NCBI GenBank assembly: GCA_032718475.1
Contig: JAUCBJ010000730.1
Location: 1-40,479, forward strand
DNA length: 40,479 nucleotides
Origin: Nemertoderma westbladi
Lineage: Eukaryota > Animalia > Xenacoelomorpha
Reading direction: 5' to 3'
A program made the translations under genes and the position numbers. The notes beneath the pieces are model-generated. The model worked only from the letters and a program-made list of their open reading frames with translations. It was not told the DNA's origin and searched no databases. Below, piece by piece: positions 26,048 through 38,834 of the stretch; position 1 is the first letter of the stretch; each line of letters starts with the position of its first letter.

Positions 26048-26211
26048 TGAGGGGGGCTAATTTTCCTGAGGGGAGGCATTATTTCCTAAGGAGAAAATGC
26101 CCCCCCGGGCTAAATTTCCTAGGAAAAATTGCCCGGGGGGACATAAATATCCTAGGAAATAATGCCCTGGGGGGCATATTCTAGGGGGGGCTGATTTCCT
26201 TGTGACACCGG
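26048..26211. repeat. Probable DNA-transposon end with palindromic subterminal repeats
   Basis: Repeated ggggc..aatttcctaggaaa..tgccc units ending in ...tgtgacaccgg. No partner end found. Confidence 0.4.
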
Positions 26212-27699
26212 CTGACCGGTGCTGGTGATGTAGTGAGGTACCGTACCAATAGTTAGTTCTTTAAATCATTGTATTTTATTCCGCTATTTGTTATGGTACC
26301 TGTAATCCAGTAATCTATTCTGTCTGTCTGTAGGGCTAGGCAGCTAGGGCTACTGCAAATTTCGATATCGGTTTGTTCTTTAGGTTTAAAAGTTTAGGGT
26401 TTGTTTTTCAGGCCAGCCAGCCAGCAGGCCCAATACAGCAATACCAAACTAAAGCAGTAGGCTAATAAACTTAAGTGGACATTGCTGCATTGGGAATCGA
26501 ATCACCATAACCTATTTTAGTACTGGTACCGGTATTTGTTTAGGCATATCTAATCTATCTTACCTGCTTACTGTCTTATGAATTCACGAATTACAGAATT
26601 ACCGGTAGCCTACCAGTACAGCAGTATGGATGCGTCGAGTGGAAATCTTACCGGTATTGGGGCAGGTAAAACGGGTGCCTTTTTAACTGTGATGAAAGTA
26701 TTGGGGATGTTGGAATTTGGATTACCGCTATCGGATGTGGGGGTTGGCCAACCGAATTCGGGAAATAATGAATTCCCCGAGGACGAGTTTACCACTGTTT
26801 CGACTTTGGCGAAGCTCACGGAGACAGACCGATGGCCATGGATTCGGACGAGCAGCACCAAAAACAACTATCTTGTCAACTATTCAATCTAGTCGAATTT
26901 TGAGGGAAGAGAAGCAAAACGGTGAGCGACTCCTACAGTTCTATTTTAATGTGCAAGTGGGTAACCGCTGGACGAGGAAATATATATCAGGCGACGCTGG
27001 ATCTACCAGTAGCGGGACTTCTACGGATATCGAGACTGATCATCGTGTCTGCACGGTACTTCACATAGCGCCCCATTTGGTGATCTCCAGTGAATGTTTG
27101 GATTTGACCTGACCAAATTCTGAAATTGGTTTACTACGGAAGATCCGCAGTGGGCACACCTGAGCGGGTGTGGGCCACTCGGAATCCGACGAGGCGGCGC
27201 ACATATTGACATTTGGCGTATGTACATTTCTTACAGTAGGGAGCCACTGGGTTAAGAGTTTTTACGGTATACTTAATATGAGCATAAAGAAGAAAGTGTT
27301 GGCGATGTATCTGAAAAATAAATAAATAAACGTTGCTCTTTGTATCTCAAGTTGATTTGGATTAGGACAATGTGATACTTTTAACTCCTGCAATAATTCA
27401 GGTGGTTTTATGAGACAGCTTAGGGGTGGGGTGGGGTGTGGGGGGGGGGGGGGGGGGGGTGGGGTAACTGAGAAAATGTGACAAAGAAATGGAAAGAAAG
27501 GCAATGTTATAGTAAATGGATTTGTGTTATGTAATACTCTGTAGCAGCTGCTGGCTCCGAGGTAACTAATTTTGTATAGCCTGGGACTGACTGTCTCTGG
27601 GTAGTATATTGAAGACATAAGTCTATGAAGGAGAGATAATGTTTACTTTAGCTTTGATTTATGTTGTCAGCCCGGGGCGTCCTTCTGGTTCAATGAGTT

Positions 27700-28385
27700 A
27701 TTGGGCAGATTTATTACATTGCAAGACTGTTTGATGCTTTTGGGTAGGGGTAATCGAGGTCGAAGTTATATGCTGTGATTAACATGTGGTCAAGTGATTA
27801 AGGACCATGCGTTTTCAGGATGGAAGACTTACAGGTTTCGTTACGTTGCTATCGATCCGACCTATCCTGTGATTCTATAATTGCGTGGTATTGGGTTACT
27901 CTCCGGCATCGATAGAGGTGGAGAGGTGGTGTTGTTGGCCTGCCTATATGCGTCATATGGGGCGGGGGGGGGGGGGGGGGGGGGTGTGTTGGGGCAAAGT
28001 GTTGTCAGATTCATCTATTCTGTGTTGATGGTTGGTGAGGATTCTACTTCTGGCTAGGTCTGGCCTAGAGTAGAAGCAGTTCCGCGGCAATAATAATATT
28101 GCTCCTCAAAAGAGGGCCCTTACTGCATCAGGGACGCGTTTTTCGACAGAGCCCCGTCAGCTGAAACAGCCAGTGCCGCTAGTCGGTGGGGTTGACTTGT
28201 TGACGAGAGGCTATTATGAGGCGCAATGGGATACGCATTGCGTATCTCCTTCTGTCAACCAATACTGGCCTTCGAGACTGATGAGTGTGTCATTGAAATT
28301 TTCCGAGTTTACTATCCACATCCAAGCAATAGTCTTTTCACAAGGACAGTTTGGGGTGTTGTCCGTACTATTGGAGAACTTCCGT
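27700..28385 (-). pseudogene. Possible highly degenerate LINE AP-endonuclease remnant
   Basis: Minus-strand peptides in the expected order: WLTEGDTQC (GDFN-like), YDAYRQAN (DxxR), GRID, LDH. Many stops and frameshifts. Confidence 0.3.
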
Positions 28386-28788
28386 TTAGTTTAAATTTTT
28401 TTTAAATTCTTAACCCCGGTTGGAGACTGAACATTTTGAAATATTATTGTGAAACTTGGTATAATATCATTTTTTTGGTCATTGTCATATTTTTTTCACT
28501 AAACCAACTTAATTTGAAGAAAAAAATTTTTTTCACTCCACCCTAATGTACAGTACTGTAGTTTGAAGCTGCTAAAGTATGTAGGCTTTTAGTAAGAACT
28601 ACTTCCTTCAGTCCAAATGTTTCACTTTCTATTCTGTGCTTTTTAACTGTTATTAAATTACAGAAATAAAATATTATTCATCTAGGGGGGGGGGGGGGGG
28701 GGGGGGGGAGGTCAAACAACTGGAAAATTTGCGTGACATACTTTATGAACGCCCTCATAACTAATAAACTTATATTTTATTATTTTAG

Positions 28789-29981
28789 ATGGAGAAATAC
28801 TGTGTTATACATGGTCGATACGCTCGACGGGCGACACTCGCAGACGTCATCGACAACCCGCCGGTCATGGAGGGCCACCATATGGCGGCAATGGTCCTAA
28901 GTGTAACTTGCGCCGTAAAGAAAACTAAGTCACTAACTTCTCAGCCGCCAGCGAAGAAGGCCAGGGCGTCTTCATACCATACGCTGGCCTTCCTACTGTA
29001 AGTAAAAATTATTACTATTACTGATACTAATGTTAATATTTTTTTCAATATTCGCAATATGTGACACTACTACCAAAAATAACACGAATTAAAAAACAAT
29101 CAATTGAAATTATGTATATTAATACATTAAGTTACTAATTTGTTGTTCAAACTAAATCCTATTAAAAATACAAATATTGGTTACCTGCTAAAGTTAAATT
29201 TACACTAACTACATTATAATATTATATTTTAATAATTATTTTTAGCGATAATAATGCCTTCTAATGAGACGTTCTCGAAGCTCTTCCCACTCCACGCTGA
29301 TTACGAAAAGTTTTTTCGAGAACGGGATATGGGTGGGGACGTTTATCGCCATCCTAGAGCCGGGGTATCGTGGGGGGTCGACGACACATCTTCCCGCCAT
29401 AGTATCCCGGCTCAGTCCGGTGCACCTTAGGGCAGCCCCCATATACCCTGAGCGTCCCTCTAGATTGGATGAAATCAGTAAATCGGCAGAACTGGCGGGT
29501 TTCTGCCTTGAAAATCCCGAGACTGACTCTATCCAGGGCTTGTGTTGTTGTTAATATTATTTCTTATTTGTAAATAAAGATTAATAATAATAAATATTAT
29601 AGTAGATAAGATTGTCAATTTCTACTACATATATTTGTAACACCAAATTAAGCAGAATTGCTTTTATTAAAAAAAAAATAATGACTTTCCTAAACAATAA
29701 GCAATATACATAATCAAAATAAATAATGAATAATAATAAATATCATTTATAAATATTGTATTTTTTAGATGATATTGAAGAAGGTGTGTGGGGGCAACTT
29801 GTGCCGAGGATTAAAGGGGGCGGCCTGCCCTTGCTACCGGCGGGGGTTGAAGGAGACATGGGTAATCGAAGGGGACATCCGCCTGCAAGCGATTTGGGAT
29901 GCGGAAAATAAGAAGGTGGAGCCCCACCCATTTTCATCGCGGTACTTTACCGCGATGTTTCTGAATAGACATCAACAAGGG
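28789..29981 (+). pseudogene. Copy B of the uncharacterised Cys-cluster gene family
   Basis: Exons 28789-28997 (TAG acceptor, GTAAGT donor), 29246-~29536 and 29769-29981 (TAG acceptor, GTAGG donor). Aligns with copy A exons. Frameshifts in the second exon and no clear GT donor there. The last exon is absent, and the satellite begins at ~30098. Confidence 0.6.
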
Positions 29982-30054
29982 GTAGGCATTTTAATATTCA
30001 AATTGATAATAAAATTTGCTGATTAAAAAATATAGAAAACCTTAACTAATCATT

Positions 30055-30100
30055 TACATACAGTACTTACAGTACTTACAGTACTTACAGTACATACAGT
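30055..30100. repeat. (CAGTACTTA)n microsatellite at the satellite border
   Basis: About four 9-bp units read directly. Confidence 0.8.
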
Positions 30101-33100
30101 TCCCTTCCAGAATCTAAGTTCGCCTCCAGGATCTAAGTTCAGATATTGGTTCTAAGTTCACTTTCAGGATCTAAGTTCGCTTCCAGGATCTAAGTTCGCT
30201 TCCAGGATCTAAGTTCAGATATTGGTTCTAAGTTCACTTCCAGGATCTAAGTTCGCTTCCAGGATCTAAGTTCGCTTCCAGGATCTAAGTTCGCTTCCAG
30301 GATCTAAGTTCCCTTCCATAATCTAAGTTCGCTTCCAGGATCTAAGTTCGCTTCCAGGATCTAAGTTCAGATCTTGGTTCTAAGTTTACTTCCAGGATCT
30401 AAGTTCGCTTCCAGGATCTAAGTTCGCTTCCAGGATCTAAGTTCGCTTCCAGGATCTAACTTCCCTTCCAGAATCTAAGTTCGCTTCCAGGATCTAAGTT
30501 CGCTTCCAGGATCTAAGTTCAGATCTTGGTTCTAAGTTCACTTCCAGGTTCTAAGTTCACTTCCAGGATCTAAGTTCGCTTCCAGGATCTAAGTTCGCTT
30601 CCAGGATCTAAGTTCGCCTCAAGGATCTAAGTTCGCTTCCAGGATCTAAGTTCGCTTCCAGGATCTAAGTTCACTTCCAGGATCTAAGTTCGCTTCCAGG
30701 ATCTAAGTTCGCTTCCAGGATCTAAGTTCACCTCCAGGATCTAAGTTCAGATCTTGGTTCTAAGTTCACTTCCAGGATCTAAGTTCGCTTCCAAGATCTA
30801 AGTTCGCTTCCAGGATCTAAGTTCGCTTCCAGGATCTAAGTTCGTTTCCAGGATCTAAGTTCACTTCCAGGATCTAAGTTCGTTTCCAGGATCTAAGTTC
30901 ACTTCCAGGATCTAAGTTCACTTCCAGGATCTAAGTTCGCCTCCAGGATCTAAGTTCAGATCTTGGTTCTAAGTTCACTTCCAGGATCTAAGTTCGCTTC
31001 CAAGATCTAAGTTCGCTTCCAGGATCTAAGTTCGCTTCCAGGATCTAAGTTCGTTTCCAGGATCTAAGTTCACTTCCAGGATCTAAGTTCGTTTCCAGGA
31101 TCTAAGTTCGCTTCCTGGATCTAAGTTCGCTTCCAGGATCTAAGTTCGCCTCCAAGATCTAAGTTCAGATATTGGTTCTAAGTTCACTTTCAGGATCTAA
31201 GTTCAGATCTTGGTTCTAAGTTCGCTTCCAGGATCTAAGTTCGCTTCCAGGATCTAAGTTCGCTTCCAGGATCTAAGTTCGCGTCCAGGATCTAAGTTCC
31301 CTTCCAGAATCTAAGTTCGCCTCCAGGATCTAAGTTCAGATATTGGTTCTAAGTTCACTTTCAGGATCTAAGTTCGCTTCCAGGATCTAAGTTCGCTTCC
31401 AGGATCTAAGTTCAGATATTGGTTCTAAGTTCACTTCCAGGATCTAAGTTCGCTTCCAGGATCTAAGTTCGCTTCCAGGATCTAAGTTCGCTTCCAGGAT
31501 CTAAGTTCCCTTCCAGAATCTAAGTTCGCTTCCAGGATCTAAGTTCGCTTCCAGGATCTAAGTTCAGATCTTGGTTCTAAGTTCACTTCCAGGATCTAAG
31601 TTCGCTTCCAGGATCTAAGTTCGCTTCCAGGATCTAAGTTCGCTTCCAGGATCTAAGTTCCCTTCCAGAATCTAAGTTCGCTTCCAGGATCTAAGTTCGC
31701 TTCCAGGATCTAAGTTCAGATATTGGTTCTAAGTTCACTTCCAGGTTCTAAGTTCACTTCCAGGATCTAAGTTCGCTTCCAGGATCTAAGTTCGCTTCCA
31801 GGATCTAAGTTCGCTTCCAGGATCTAAGTTCGCTTCCAGGATCTAAGTTCACTTTCAGGATCTAAGTTCACTTCCAGGATCTAAGTTCGCTTCCAGGATA
31901 TAAGTTCACCTCCAGGATCTAAGTTCACCTCCAGGATCTAAGTTCGCTTCCAAGATCTAAGTTCGCTTCCAGGATCTAAGTTCGCTTCCAGGATATAAGT
32001 TCGCTTCCAGGATCTAAGTTCGCTTGCAGGATCTAAGTTCACTTCCAGGATCTAAGTTCGTTTCCAGGATCTAAGTTCGCTTCCTGGATCTAAGTTCGCT
32101 TCCAGGATCTAAGTTCGCTTCCAGGATCTAAGTTCATATCTAGGATCTACGTTTGCTTCCAGGATCTAAGTTCATATCTAGGTTCTAAGTTCAATTCCAG
32201 GATCTAAGTTCCCTTCCAGAATCTAAGTTCGCCTCCAGGATCTAAGTTCAGATATTGGTTCTAAGTTCACTTTCAGGATCTAAGTTCGCTTCCAGGATCT
32301 AAGTTCGCTTCCAGGATCTAAGTTCGCTTCCAGGATCTAAGTTCGCTTCCAGGATCTAAGTTCACTTCCAGGATCTAAGTTCGTTTCCAGGATCTAAGTT
32401 CCCTTCCAGAATCTAAGTTCGCCTCCAGGATCTAAGTTCAGATATTGGTTCTAAGTTCACTTTCAGGATCTAAGTTCGCTTCCAGGATCTCAGTTCGCTT
32501 CCAGGATCTAAGTTCGCTTCCAGGATCTAAGTTCGCTTCCAGGATCTAAGTTCGTTTCCAGGATCTAAGTTCGCTTCCTGGATCTAAGTTCGCTTCCAGG
32601 ATCTAAGTTCGCTTCCAGGATCTAAGTTCGCTTCCAGGATCTAAGTTCGCCTCCAGGATCTAAGTTCAGATATTGGTTCTAAGTTCGCTTCCAGGATCTA
32701 AGTTCGCTTCCAGGATCTAAGTTCACTTCCAGGATCTAAGTTCGTTTCCAGGATCTAAGTTCGCTTCCAGGATCTAAGTTCGCGTTTAGGATCTAAGTTC
32801 GCCTCCAGGATCTATGTAAGTTCAGATCTTGGTTCGTTCACTTCCAGGATCTAAGTTCGCTTCCAGGATCTAAGTTCGCTTCCTGGATCTAAGTTCGCTT
32901 CCAGGATCTAAGTTCGCTTCCATGATCTAAGTTCGCTTCCAGGATCTAAGTTCGCTTCCTGGATCTAAGTTCGCTTCCAGGATCTAAGTTCGCTTCCAGG
33001 ATCTAAGTTCGCTTCCTGGATCTAAGTTCGCTTCCAGGATCTAAGTTCGCTTCCAGGATCTAAGTTCGCTTCCAGGATCTAAGTTCCCTTCCAGAATCTA

Positions 33101-36100
33101 AGTTCGCCTCCAGGATCTAAGTTCAGATATTGGTTCTAAGATCGCTTCCAGGATCTAAGTTCGCTTCCAGGATCTAAGTTCGCTTCCAGGATCTAAGTTC
33201 GCTTCCAGGATCTAAGTTCCCTTCCAGGATCTAAGTTCGCTTCCTGGATCTAAGTTCGCTTCCAGGATCTAAGTTCGCTTCTAGGATCTAAGTTCCCTTC
33301 CAGAATCTAAGTTCGCCTCCAGGATCTAAGTTCAGATATTGGTTCTAAGTTCGCTTCCAGGATCTAAGTTCGCTTCCAGGATCTAAGTTCGCTTCCAGGA
33401 TCTAAGTTCGCTTCCAGGATCTAAGTTCGCTTCCAGAATCTAAGTTCGCTTCCAGGATCTAAGTTCGCTTCCAGGATCTAAGTTCGCCTCCAGGATCTAA
33501 GTTCAGATATTGGTTCTAAGTTCGCTTCCAGGATCTAAGTTCGCTTCCAGGATCTAAGTTCACTTCCAGGATCTAAGTTCGCTTCCAGGATCTAAGTTCA
33601 CTTCCAAGATCTAAGTTCGCCTCCAGGATCTAAGTTCAGATCTTGGTTCTAAGTTCACTTCCAGGATCTAAGTTCGCTTCCAGGATCTAAGTTCGCTTCC
33701 AGGATCTAAGTTCGCCTCCAGGATCTAAGTTCAGATATTGGTTCTAAGTTCGCTTCCAGGATCTAAGTTCGCTTCCAGGATCTAAGTTCGCTTCCAGGAT
33801 CTAAGTTCGCTTCCAGGATCTAAGTTCGCTTCCAGGATCTAAGTTCGCTTCCAGGATCTAAGTTCGCTTCCAGGATCTAAGTTCGCTTCCAGGATCTAAG
33901 TTCGCTTCCAGGATCTAAGTTCGCTTCCTGGATCTAAGTTCGCTTCCAGGATCTAAGTTCGCTTCCAGGATCTAAGTTCGCTTCCAGGATCTAAGATCCC
34001 TTCCAGAATCTAAGTTCGCCTCCAGGATCTAAGTTCAGATATTGGTTCTAAGTTCACTTCCAGGATCTAAGTTCGCTTCCAGGATCTAAGTTCGCTTCCA
34101 GGATCTAAGTTCCCTTCCAGAATCTAAGTTCGCTTCCAGGATCTAAGTTCGCTTCAAGGATCTAAGTTCAGATCTTGGTTCTAAGTTCACTTCCAGGTTC
34201 TAAGTTCACTTCTAGGATCTAAGTTCGCTTCCAGGATCTAAGTTCGCTTCCAGGATCTAAGTTCGCTTCCAGGATCTAAGTTCACTTTCAGGATCTAAGT
34301 TCGCTTCCAGGATCTAAGTTCGCTTCCAGGATCTAAGTTCGCTTCCAGGATATAAGTTCACCTCCAGGATCTAAGTTCACCTCCAGGATCTAAGTTCGCT
34401 TCCAAGATCTAAGTTCGCTTCCAGGATCTAAGTTCGCTTCCAGGATATAAGTTCGCTTCCAGGATCTAAGTTCGCTTCCAGGATCTAAGTTCACTTCCAG
34501 GATCTAAGTTCGTTTCCAGGATCTAAGTTCGCTTCCTGGATCTAAGTTCGCTTCCAGGATCTAAGTTCGCTTCCAGGATCTAAGTTCGCTTCCAGGATCT
34601 AAGTTCATATCTAGGATCTACGTTTGCTTCCAGGATCTAAGTTCATATCTAGGTTCTAAGTTCGCTTCCAGGATCTAAGTTCCCTTCCAGAATCTAAGTT
34701 CGCCTCCAGGATCTAAGTTCAGATATTGGTTCTAAGTTCACTTTCAGGATCTAAGTTCGCTTCCAGGATCTAAGTTCGCTTCCAGGATCTAAGTTCGCTT
34801 CCAGGATCTAAGTTCGCTTCCAGGATCTAAGTTCACTTCCAGGATCTAAGTTCGTTTCCAGGATCTAAGTTCCCTTCCAGAATCTAAGTTCGCCTCCAGG
34901 ATCTAAGTTCAGATATTGGTTCTAAGTTCACTTTCAGGATCTAAGTTCGCTTCCAGGATCTAAGTTCGCTTCCAGGATCTAAGTTCGCTTCCAGGATCTA
35001 AGTTCGCTTCCAGGATCTAAGTTCGTTTCCAGGATCTAAGTTCGCTTCCTGGATCTAAGTTCGCTTCCAGGATCTAAGTTCGCTTCCAGGATCTAAGTTC
35101 GCCTCCAGGATCTAAGTTCAGATATTGGTTCTAAGTTCGCTTCCAGGATCTAAGTTCGCTTCCAGGATCTAAGTTCACTTCCAGGATCTAAGTTCGTTTC
35201 CAGGATCTAAGTTCGCTTCCAGGATCTAAGTTCGCGTTTAGGATCTAAGTTCGCCTCCAGGATCTATGTAAGTTCAGATCTTGGTTCGTTCACTTCCAGG
35301 ATCTAAGTTCGCTTCCAGGATCTAAGTTCGCTTCCTGGATCTAAGTTCGCTTCCAGGATCTAAGTTCGCTTCCAGGATCTAAGTTCGCTTCCAGGATCTA
35401 AGTTCGCTTCCTGGATCAAAGTTCGCTTCCAGGATCTAAGTTCGCTTCCAGGATCTAAGTTCGCTTCCAGGATCTAAGTTCCCTTCCAGAATCTAAGTTC
35501 GCCTCCAGGATCTAAGTTCAGATATTGGTTCTAAGTTCGCTTCCAGGATCTAAGTTCGCTTCCAGGATCTAAGTTCGCTTCCAGGATCTAAGTTCGCTTC
35601 CAGGATCTAAGTTCGCTTCCAGGATCTAAGTTCGCTTCCAGGATCTAAGTTCGCTTCCAGGATCTAAGTTCACTTCCAGGATCTAAGTTCGCCTCCAGGA
35701 TCTAAGTTCAGATCTTGGTTCTAAGTTCACTTCCAGGATCTAAGTTCGCTTCCAGGATCTAAGTTCGCTTCCAGGATCTAAGTTCGCCTCCAGGATCTAA
35801 GTTCAGATATTGGTTCTAAGTTCGCTTCCAGGATCTAAGTTCGCTTCCAGGATCTAAGTTTGCTTCCAGGATCTAAGTTCGCTTCCAGGATCTAAGTTCG
35901 CTTCCAGGATCTAAGTTCGCTTCCAGGATCTAAGTTCACTTCCTTGATCTAAGTTCGCTTCCAGGATCTAAGTTCGCTTCCAGGATCTAAGTTCGCTTCC
36001 AGGATCTAAGTTCCCTTCCAGAATCTAAGTTCGCCTCCAGGATCTAAGTTCAGATATTGGTTCTAAGTTCACTTCCAGGATCTAAGTTCGCTTCCAGGAT

Positions 36101-37984
36101 CTAAGTTCGCTTCCAGGATCTAAGTTCGCCTCCAGGATCTAAGTTCAGATATTGGTTCTAAGTTCGCTTCCAGGATCTAAGTTCGCTTCCTGGATCTAAG
36201 TTCGCTTCCAGGATCTAAGTTCGCTTCCAGGATCTAAGTTCGCTTCCAGGATCTAAGTTCGCTTCCAGGATCTAAGTTCGCTTCCAGGATCTAAGTTCGC
36301 TTCCAGGATCTAAGTTCGCTTCCAGGATCTAAGTTCGCTTCCAGGATCTAAGTTCGCTTCCAGGATCTAAGTTCGCTTCCAGGATCTAAGTTCGCTTCCA
36401 GGATCTAAGTTCACTTCCAGGATCTAAGTTCGTTTCCAGGATCTAAGTTCGCTTCCTGGATCTAAGTTCAGATCTTGGTTCTAAGTTCACTTCCAGGATC
36501 TAAGTTCGCTTCCAGGATCTAAGTTCGCTTCCAGAATCTAAGTTCGCTTCCAGGATCTATGTTCCCTTCCAGAATCTAAGTTCGCCTCCAGGATCTAAGT
36601 TCGCCTCCAGGATCCAAGTTCGCCTCCAGGATCTAAGTTCAGATATTGGTTCTAAGTTCACTTTCAGGATCTAAGTTCGCTTCCAGGATCTAAGTTCCCT
36701 TCCAGAATCTAAGTTCGCCTCCAGGATCTAAGTTCGCCTCCAGGATCTAAGTTCGCCTCCAGGATCTAAGTTCAGATATTGGTTCTAAGTTCACTTTCAG
36801 GATCTAAGTTCGCTTCCAGGATCTAAGTTCGCTTCCAGGATCTAAGTTCGCCTCCAGGATCTAAGTTCGCTTCCAGGATCTAAGTTCGCTTCCAGGATCT
36901 AAGTTCGCTTCCAGGATCTAAGTTCGCTTCCAGGATCTAAGTTCGCTTCCAGGATCTAAGTTCCCTTCCAGAATCTAAGTTCGCCTCCAGGATCTAAGTT
37001 AAGATATTGGTTCTAAGTTCACTTTCAGGATCTAAGTTCGCTTCCAGGATCTAAGTTCGCTTCCAGGATCTAAGTTCGCTTCCAGGATCTAAGTTCGCTT
37101 CCAGGATCTAAGTTCGTTTCCAGGATCTAAGTTCGCTTCCTGGATCTAAGTTCGCTTCCAGGATCTAAGTTCGCTTCCAGGATCTAAGTTCATATCTAGG
37201 ATCTACGTTTGCTTCCACCATCTAAGTTCGGATCTAGGTTTTAAGTTCGCTTCCAGGACCTAAGTTCACATATAGGATCTATGTTCACGTTGCTTTCGGA
37301 TCTAAGTTCATATTTAGGATATAAGTTCGCCTTCAGGATCTAAGTTCATATGCAGGATCTAAGTTAAGATATTGGTTCTAAGTTCACTTTCAGGATCTAA
37401 GTTCGCTTCCAGGATCTAAGTTCGCTTCCAGGATCTAAGTTCGCTTCCAGGATCTAAGTTCGCTTCCAGGATCTAAGTTCGTTTCCAGGATCTAAGTTCG
37501 CTTCCTGGATCTAAGTTCGCTTCCAGGATCTAAGTTCGCTTCCAGGATCTAAGTTCATATCTAGGATCTACGTTTGCTTCCACCATCTAAGTTCGGATCT
37601 AGGTTTTAAGTTCGCTTCCAGGACCTAAGTTCACATATAGGATCTATGTTCACGTTGCTTTCGGATCTAAGTTCATATTTAGGATATAAGTTCGCCTTCA
37701 GGATCTAAGTTCATATGCAGGATCTAAGTTCGCTTCCACCATCTAAGTTCGGATCTAGGTTTTAAGTTCGCTTCCAGGACCTAAGTTCACATATAGGATC
37801 TATGTTCACGTTGCTTTTGGATCTAAGTTCGTATCTAGGATCTAAGTTCGCTTCCAGGATCTAAGTTCATATGCAGGATCTAAGTTCGCTTCCACCATCT
37901 AAGTTCGGATTAGGTTTTAAGTTCGCTTCCAGGACCTAAGTTCACATCTAGGATCTATGTTCACGTTGCTTTTGGATCTAAGTT
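30098..37984. repeat. ~7.9 kb satellite, 19-bp monomer GGATCTAAGTTCGCTTCCA (~415 copies)
   Basis: Continuous 19-bp period with recurrent variants (e.g. CAGATATTGGTTCTAAGTT). Monomers are more diverged from ~37190 onward. Confidence 0.98.
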
Positions 37985-38379
37985 AGTATTTATCCGTAAA
38001 GTCAGCTTTATCCGTAATGTATACGGGTCAAGTAACATTTGTTTCTCCACGAAAATACACCGTGTTAAAGATTATCTAGAAGCCGTAGCCTGCATATAGT
38101 CTCTCTAGATCCATTTGTTAGTGGGATCGACTTACAGGGCGTGTCACAAAAATGACTGGTACTTGTTTTTATTTCATTTTCTTTCTACATACAGTTTTAA
38201 TGAAACTGACCCTATCTCCTTATTGTACTAATTGGTTTTATTGTGACACTATCTATATATAGTGATTTTTAACCTTTTATTAAATAAACGTCAGCCCGAC
38301 TGACTCCGCGCGCATAATGAATGCGCGATAACATAACATACGGTGTGTAATAACTCTTTTACTACAAGCTTTTGGATAA

Positions 38380-38640
38380 ATTACCTCGTCCATCAATTAT
38401 TAGACTTATTTGACCAGAGCTATTTATTCTCTGACCTTCATCTTGAATTCAATGTTTCCAATTATTTATTAGAATTTACGACAATCTTGATTAGACAAAC
38501 TTTTCCCACAATTAGATTTGGGGGGAGGGGCTGTGCACATTTTATTACATGTTCTATTTCGAGCCATAATATAATAATGTACCAACAAGATTTTATACAA
38601 ATACATAGGAAATTAAACTTGGGACCCCCAAGATACTATT
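38380..38640 (-). pseudogene. Degenerate L1/Tx1-like RT fragment
   Basis: Minus strand gives YLG(V)P followed about 40 codons later by GKVCLIKIVV, matching the YLG...GK/RxxLIK pattern. Heavily decayed. Confidence 0.35.
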
Positions 38641-38834
38641 ATCCTGCTTATAATTGATTAACTTATGGTTGTGATTAATTATTATTTTTTACAAATATTT
38701 ATTTCTAACAGTAATGTGTAGTATTAATGAGGCACATGCATAGCGAGATATTATCCTTATAGTTCATAATAACAGCTGTTGGTATACACTGTTTCACCAC
38801 GGGTATATAACGTTACATGAATTATATACAGTAT

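Noticed and set aside
28440-28755. Possible DNA-transposon end (gcgtgacatactttatgaacgcccct)
   Set aside because: It looks TIR-like, but no partner end or TSD can be shown in the window.
30098-37984. CRISPR-like or telomeric array
   Set aside because: Monomers are contiguous with no unique spacers and no cas genes, and the context is eukaryotic. The array is interstitial and not a G-rich telomere-type repeat.
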